From the NCBI GenBank assembly GCA_977016875.1, contig CDRNST010000007.1, forward strand, positions 3,162,001 through 3,226,000: DNA of 64,000 bases, written 5' to 3'. Positions 59,801 to 64,000 of the stretch are shown piece by piece (position 1 is the stretch's first letter; every line of letters starts with the position of its first letter). Source of the DNA: Pavona decussata (taxonomy: Eukaryota). The notes beneath the pieces were generated by a model, which did not search any database, was not told the origin of the DNA, and saw nothing but the letters and a program-made list of their open reading frames with translations. Both the position numbers and the translations under genes were made by a program.

Positions 59801-62800
59801 TAATTGTGTCCGTGTTGTTGCTTGATCTATGACAACAAAGCACTCGCTCGAGCAATTATGATAATTAAAAGGATTATGTACTTATACTGAGCTACCCTAA
59901 TTATCTGCAAGTGCATGTAGGTATGGAAAATAGTGAACATTGCAGTTCAGCCGCACTCACTGGGTGTCCACAGCCTGGTTCAAATCTCTCAAAGATATTG
60001 AAGGATCTTTGAAGATTTGTAAAACTATCTTATAGGATCTTGATAGAGATCCTAAAGGATCTTTGCTTCTACATGTAATCCTTAGATCTTGAAGGATCTG
60101 GCATAATCTTACAAGATCCATGAGGGCCCTGCAAAGAGCCTGCAGGATCCTTCACAAGTCTTAAGGGAGTTGTAGTAACCTGCACAGATTTTGAAGATCT
60201 TCCTGGGGTCCTGCATTCAACCTTGGTCCCTCTAGCATAAATTAACTAAGAGTCCATTACAAAGTTCCCCTCATCATCAACCATTGACAATTTGACACCT
60301 GTGCAGTGCTGTGGAGATTGGAGTCTTGGACTTTCAAACAGAAGATTGGAGGGTCAGTGATTTACTCAGGGGGTGGGAGCGGGAAGTGACTACGAGTTCC
60401 TAGGTACTACATTCTACAGAAACTGGAGTTACTGCACCTTTCAATAACATATGGACTCCGAACTTCAGCCCCAACCAACGATTTGCGTGTTTGACTGCTG
60501 TCAATCATAAGTGTATCGGCGATCGGCTCACCATAAAAAATACAGAAACTGGCAAAGTGGATTGAAATCCACCAATCACAGTGCACAGCCAAACGTTTTG
60601 GTTTTCGTAGAGGTCCACTGCAGTGATCGACGGTAGTGAAAAGCGTAATGGTTAGTTGAATCTTGAACTTAAGGGTCTGCATGTTATTAAAAGGCACAGT
60701 AAATGCCACTGAATTTTAATGTCCATTTTCTTCTTTTGATAGGGAATCAGCAAGCATTTATATTTGTAAATATCTAATGGATGAAGGAGCTAGAATAACA
60801 GTGTATGACCCCAAAGTTGAAAAGGAGCAAATCCTCTTGTAAGTTAAAGTAACAGTAATCTTGCTGGTGTTTAGCCTTTTATTAATTATTATTTTTTTTT
60901 TTGCTGTTTTGAATGTTTTTTCCCTTGCCATATTCTCTTTCACTCTACTCATTAATTTTTTTTATACTGTGACTTCCACTCAGAGAGCTGACACATCCAT
61001 CCATTTCCGAAGACCCAGAAAGAGGTACTTTTCTGTATTCTCCTACTAGAGGCATATTTTTATACTGCTTGCCAATAAATAGGGTTAAATGTAATTTAAC
61101 TTAGTTAACGACTTGGAGCAAGTTTGCTCCCCGGTGGCGTGGCGTAGCGTGGCGTTAGCGTTTATTGGCGTATAGTTTGGGCACTGGTGGCGCGTTAGCA
61201 TTGGGGCGTTTGTTGTTGCATTACTGTTTGGGCCTAATTCAGGTCCGCGGGCATTTGTGCGGCCAGCGGTATTCTGTTGCGGTTTCGGCGTGCTCCTTTG
61301 CACGTGCTCGGAATTTTACTCTACTCAGTGTTTTTCGTGACGTGGTTGGTTTATCACGTTTTGTAGGGCTTTGCTTTCCCTCCCTTCCCTCCTGGTAGTG
61401 TTAGTTTGTTATTGTTTGGGATTGGTGTTTGTGTTGGGGGTTGGTTAGCGTTAGGGTTAGTTCTTTGTCTTGTATACTTATTATTTTTCCACTGAGCTTC
61501 TAGTCTCAGTGTGACGGGTGCTAGGGCTGTGGTGGGTTGCGGGTGGGGCTCAAGGCTGGGTTGTGGGTAGGGCAGGCTTATGGGGTGTTTAACCTACCTG
61601 GTTTTGGGTTGGCGGTACCAGCCCTTAGCTTCTGGGCACCCAACCTCCATTTGCGACATAGGCATTAATTGGGAATACCTTTCGCTCATCAATGGGCAGG
61701 AGCGAAGCAAAAAATGTAATAGCCCGCGAGACATTGTTAACCTTGTTCTTGCACCATCACACGTCTGTTTGTTTGTTTTTTGTTTTTTGTTTTTTAACGA
61801 AAACAAGCAATTAAAAGTAATTCAAACTGTTCCTTTTATTCTTTTCTCCAGTTGATCGTCTGATAACAATTGCGAATGATCCTTACAAAGCTGTGGAAGA
61901 AGCTCATGCGCTGGTTGTCTGCACTGAGTGGGACGAATTCAGGGTGAGTTTTGATATGCGCTTTCTTGACAAGCTTTGACACTTCAAAACATGTTTGCCT
62001 AAAAAAGCGCCCTTCGCAGTGCACAGCTGTCATGTGAGGAGAGAGAGAGCTCCTTTTAACTTTATCACGACTAAACTAGAAATACGTGACTCGCAAAACC
62101 TCGCAAAGGTAGAGCTGGGTGGACAGTTGATTCGGAGTGATGTTGTCTTTTGTCTTTGCTCTGTAGTTTCCTGATGTCTCCTTCTTCTTCGCTGCTCGCG
62201 CTGAGTTTCGTTGTTTAATCTCCCTCGGCGAATCTGTCTTGTCCTTTGTGCGTCCTTTTGTGGTTCATTTGCATCACAATTTGGTCGTGTGTCATTCAAT
62301 AGTTAACATTTTTCACTACTCGATGAATAAACACGTTCAGCACTGAATGAATAAACGTGGGTTGCGTCTGACGCCAGCCTGTCTTCTAACCTGTTGCTGC
62401 CTTGCAACCTTCCCTTTGTCTGACGTCATTCAAACTTCGTTTGCACTGTTGCCAGGCAACAGCACGGACACCTTCAACGATATATATAAATACATTTTTT
62501 GCTCTAATTCGCGCGGCTTAGCTCCGCTCAGGCCTTCGGCCCGACAAATTTATTAACCTCGCTTCAAGAGGAATCAATTCTGATGTTAAGTTTTAACTTT
62601 TTTTAATCACAGATGTACGACTACAAACGCATTTATGACAGTATGCTGAAGCCAGCGTTTGCGTTTGATGGTCGCATGATTTTGGATCACTGTCATTTGC
62701 ACGAGATCGGATTTCAAGTTGAGACGATTGGCAAAGTTGTATCTTCTGGGTATATGCTGCCACTGACGCCCCCACTAGCACCCCCAAAGGAGGAGAAATA

Positions 62801-62801
62801 A
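53877..62801 (+). CDS. UGDH: UDP-glucose 6-dehydrogenase, 483 aa; exons 53877-54038, 54124-54225, 54349-54384, 55814-55929, 56772-56817, 57271-57346, 57718-57839, 58497-58644, 59275-59500, 60743-60838, 60984-61024, 61852-61943, 62613-62801
   Basis: [10 protein letters not shown] Rossmann motif, [46 protein letters not shown], catalytic [35 protein letters not shown]. All 12 introns are GT-AG with matching phase (1452 nt). Confidence 0.98.
56060..56535 (-). repeat. Degenerate array of the 106-bp satellite, inverted, in UGDH intron 4
   Basis: agaaccaccttgtacagc, ataaacagcaccacagga and tttgaatggtcacac are reverse complements of the 23020-23625 unit. Confidence 0.8.
59573..59854 (-). mobile_element. 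5'-truncated Penelope-like retroelement in UGDH intron 9
   Basis: 59854-59714 translates to [46 protein letters not shown], typical of a GIY-YIG endonuclease C-terminus (..IHWEKPSLN). A hammerhead follows. 12-bp direct repeat attatgataatt at 59561-72 and 59855-66. Confidence 0.85.
59602..59642 (-). ncRNA. Minimal hammerhead ribozyme within the Penelope remnant
   Basis: Minus strand reads taaa CTGACGA t ggca-caggagt-tgcc GAAA catatc ttta. Core and stems I/II are intact; the stem III palindrome is mutated (ACATAT rather than ACATGT). Confidence 0.7.
59990..60205. repeat. Low-complexity (a/g)gatc(t/c)-rich repeat
   Basis: About ten aggatc/agatc motifs at irregular spacing. Confidence 0.5.
61096..61711. 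mobile_element. GC-rich, G/T-skewed insertion in UGDH intron 11, unclassified (possibly DIRS/Ngaro-type terminal repeat)
   Basis: Abrupt composition shift, bounded by direct repeat aaatgtaat (61087-95, 61712-20). No TIR and no convincing ORF. Confidence 0.5.
62028..62458 (+). mobile_element. Putative solo LTR in UGDH intron 12
   Basis: TG...CA ends, 5-bp direct repeat acagc at 62023-27 and 62459-63, two AATAAA in the 3' part. Confidence 0.45.
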
Positions 62802-63659
62802 ACTGTTAGCACCCTACTAGTGCCTCCTAAGAAGGATAATTTAACCATTGGTACTTTAAGCACCTAGAAAACTAGAAAAAGAAAAATTAAGCATTGTTCA
62901 CTTCCATCTTTGAAATGAATGATCCAACTAGACGAATTATTCACCTATATGTAGGTACATGTATAAATCTACAAACGGATTCGTCTTTGCCCGATAATCT
63001 TTGCGTCTAAAAGCAGATCTTCAAGCTGTGTTGTCAGGCGGATAATCCCAAGGACCCGGTTCATCGATAGCTGACTAACACTAATCCGCGATTAAAAGTT
63101 AACCTGGTTTTCGAGCTCGCTCATTGACAATGTCTTAAAGCTAATATAAAGCTACATGCAATTATAAAGAAAAGTGTAAGTCAAAACTATGGGACGAAAA
63201 TTTTGTGGAAAACTCTTTATTAACTCGAGTCAAAATTTCGGGATTAGCTTCGTTGGGCTTTGAACAGCTGGGTCCTGGAAAATAATGATCCACTGTCCGT
63301 CACCAGTTATCCATCTGTCGAACAAATGATTGGTCCTGTACACAAATTCATCCAGGGTCTGAATTCCAGACGCATAAAGGAGTAAGTTTCTAAAAAAAAA
63401 ACTATGATGCTGTATACGTCATTGAGAAAGTGAAACTCGAACCATTTGGCTGTATCAAGTGAGTGGATAAGTTAAAGAGATTCAAAAAGAGATTCAAAGA
63501 TTCAAACGCAGACGTTTCAAGCGTTGATTGATTCCCCCTTACGAAGGGATAACGCTCAAGTGCCAGCTTTTGAATTTTTGTAAACAAATTTAAGTTAAGT
63601 TTCAAGTTTCAAGTTTATTAAGTTTTTCAAACAGTTACTTACAATGAACAGATAGAGTA

Positions 63660-63882
63660 TAGAGTGTTTTCACATGAAGTCACAACGGCCATGTTGGTGT
63701 CCCAAAAGACAGAACGGAAAAACGTCGCGCACGCGCGAGGTTTTTCCGTTCTGTCGTCCCAAAACAAAGAAACGGGTGTCCCAAACTAAACCTCGGGTAA
63801 TTGAACTCTATTCTTATGCAAATACTTTCTTTTGTTTCAGTAAACCAATATGGCCAGTAGTCACTTGAATGAAAACGCTCTA
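63660..63882. mobile_element. MITE (tagagtgttttcac...gaaaacgctcta)
   Basis: Inverted termini. Hosts the nested 48-bp hairpin element. Confidence 0.7.
63708..63755. mobile_element. 48-bp hairpin mini-transposon with 9-bp TSD
   Basis: gacagaacggaaaaac / gtttttccgttctgtc perfect 16-bp TIR. TSD gtcccaaaa at 63699-707 and 63756-764. Confidence 0.85.
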
Positions 63883-64000
63883 TAGTTCACTTAGCTAACT
63901 CAGGGATAGTGTTGGTTGTATATCTTCTGATCGAGGGTCTTGGTAACATTTTTAACCTAACCTTACCTAACGAGTGCCGTTAAGTTCAAGGAAACGAGAA

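Noticed and set aside
59940-59992. tRNA-like sequence (ggttcaaatc)
   Set aside because: Only a B-box-like motif; the arms cannot be folded.
61430-61462. Interstitial telomere (also taacc repeats at ~63950)
   Set aside because: Only 1-2 exact TTAGGG units, embedded in repeat elements.

Overview
Eukaryotic, intron-rich, AT-rich animal genomic DNA. The repeat landscape (106-bp satellite, many MITEs, tRNA-SINE, Penelope-type hammerheads) suggests an anthozoan, probably a stony coral; that assignment is inference. Gene models were spliced by hand from GT-AG boundaries with consistent phases. In order: two tandem intronless paralogous orphan genes (+); DCAF10 (-, 2 exons); TAF10 (-, 4 exons) head-to-head with an ankyrin-repeat espin/forked-like gene (+, 9 exons, ~798 aa); a secreted 671-aa protein (-, 14 exons) built as signal peptide + 3 H-type-lectin-like repeats + follistatin/Kazal + 3 more repeats; a possible 81-aa two-exon microprotein; and UDP-glucose 6-dehydrogenase (+, 13 exons, 483 aa). 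Non-coding DNA holds many non-autonomous DNA transposons, LINE, SINE and Penelope remnants, two recognisable minimal hammerhead ribozyme cores and two assembly gaps. The most notable candidates are the single-chain 3+3 lectin-Kazal protein, the fast-diverging orphan gene pair, the hammerheads around UGDH, the microprotein with a MinD-like amphipathic tail and a 48-bp hairpin transposon.
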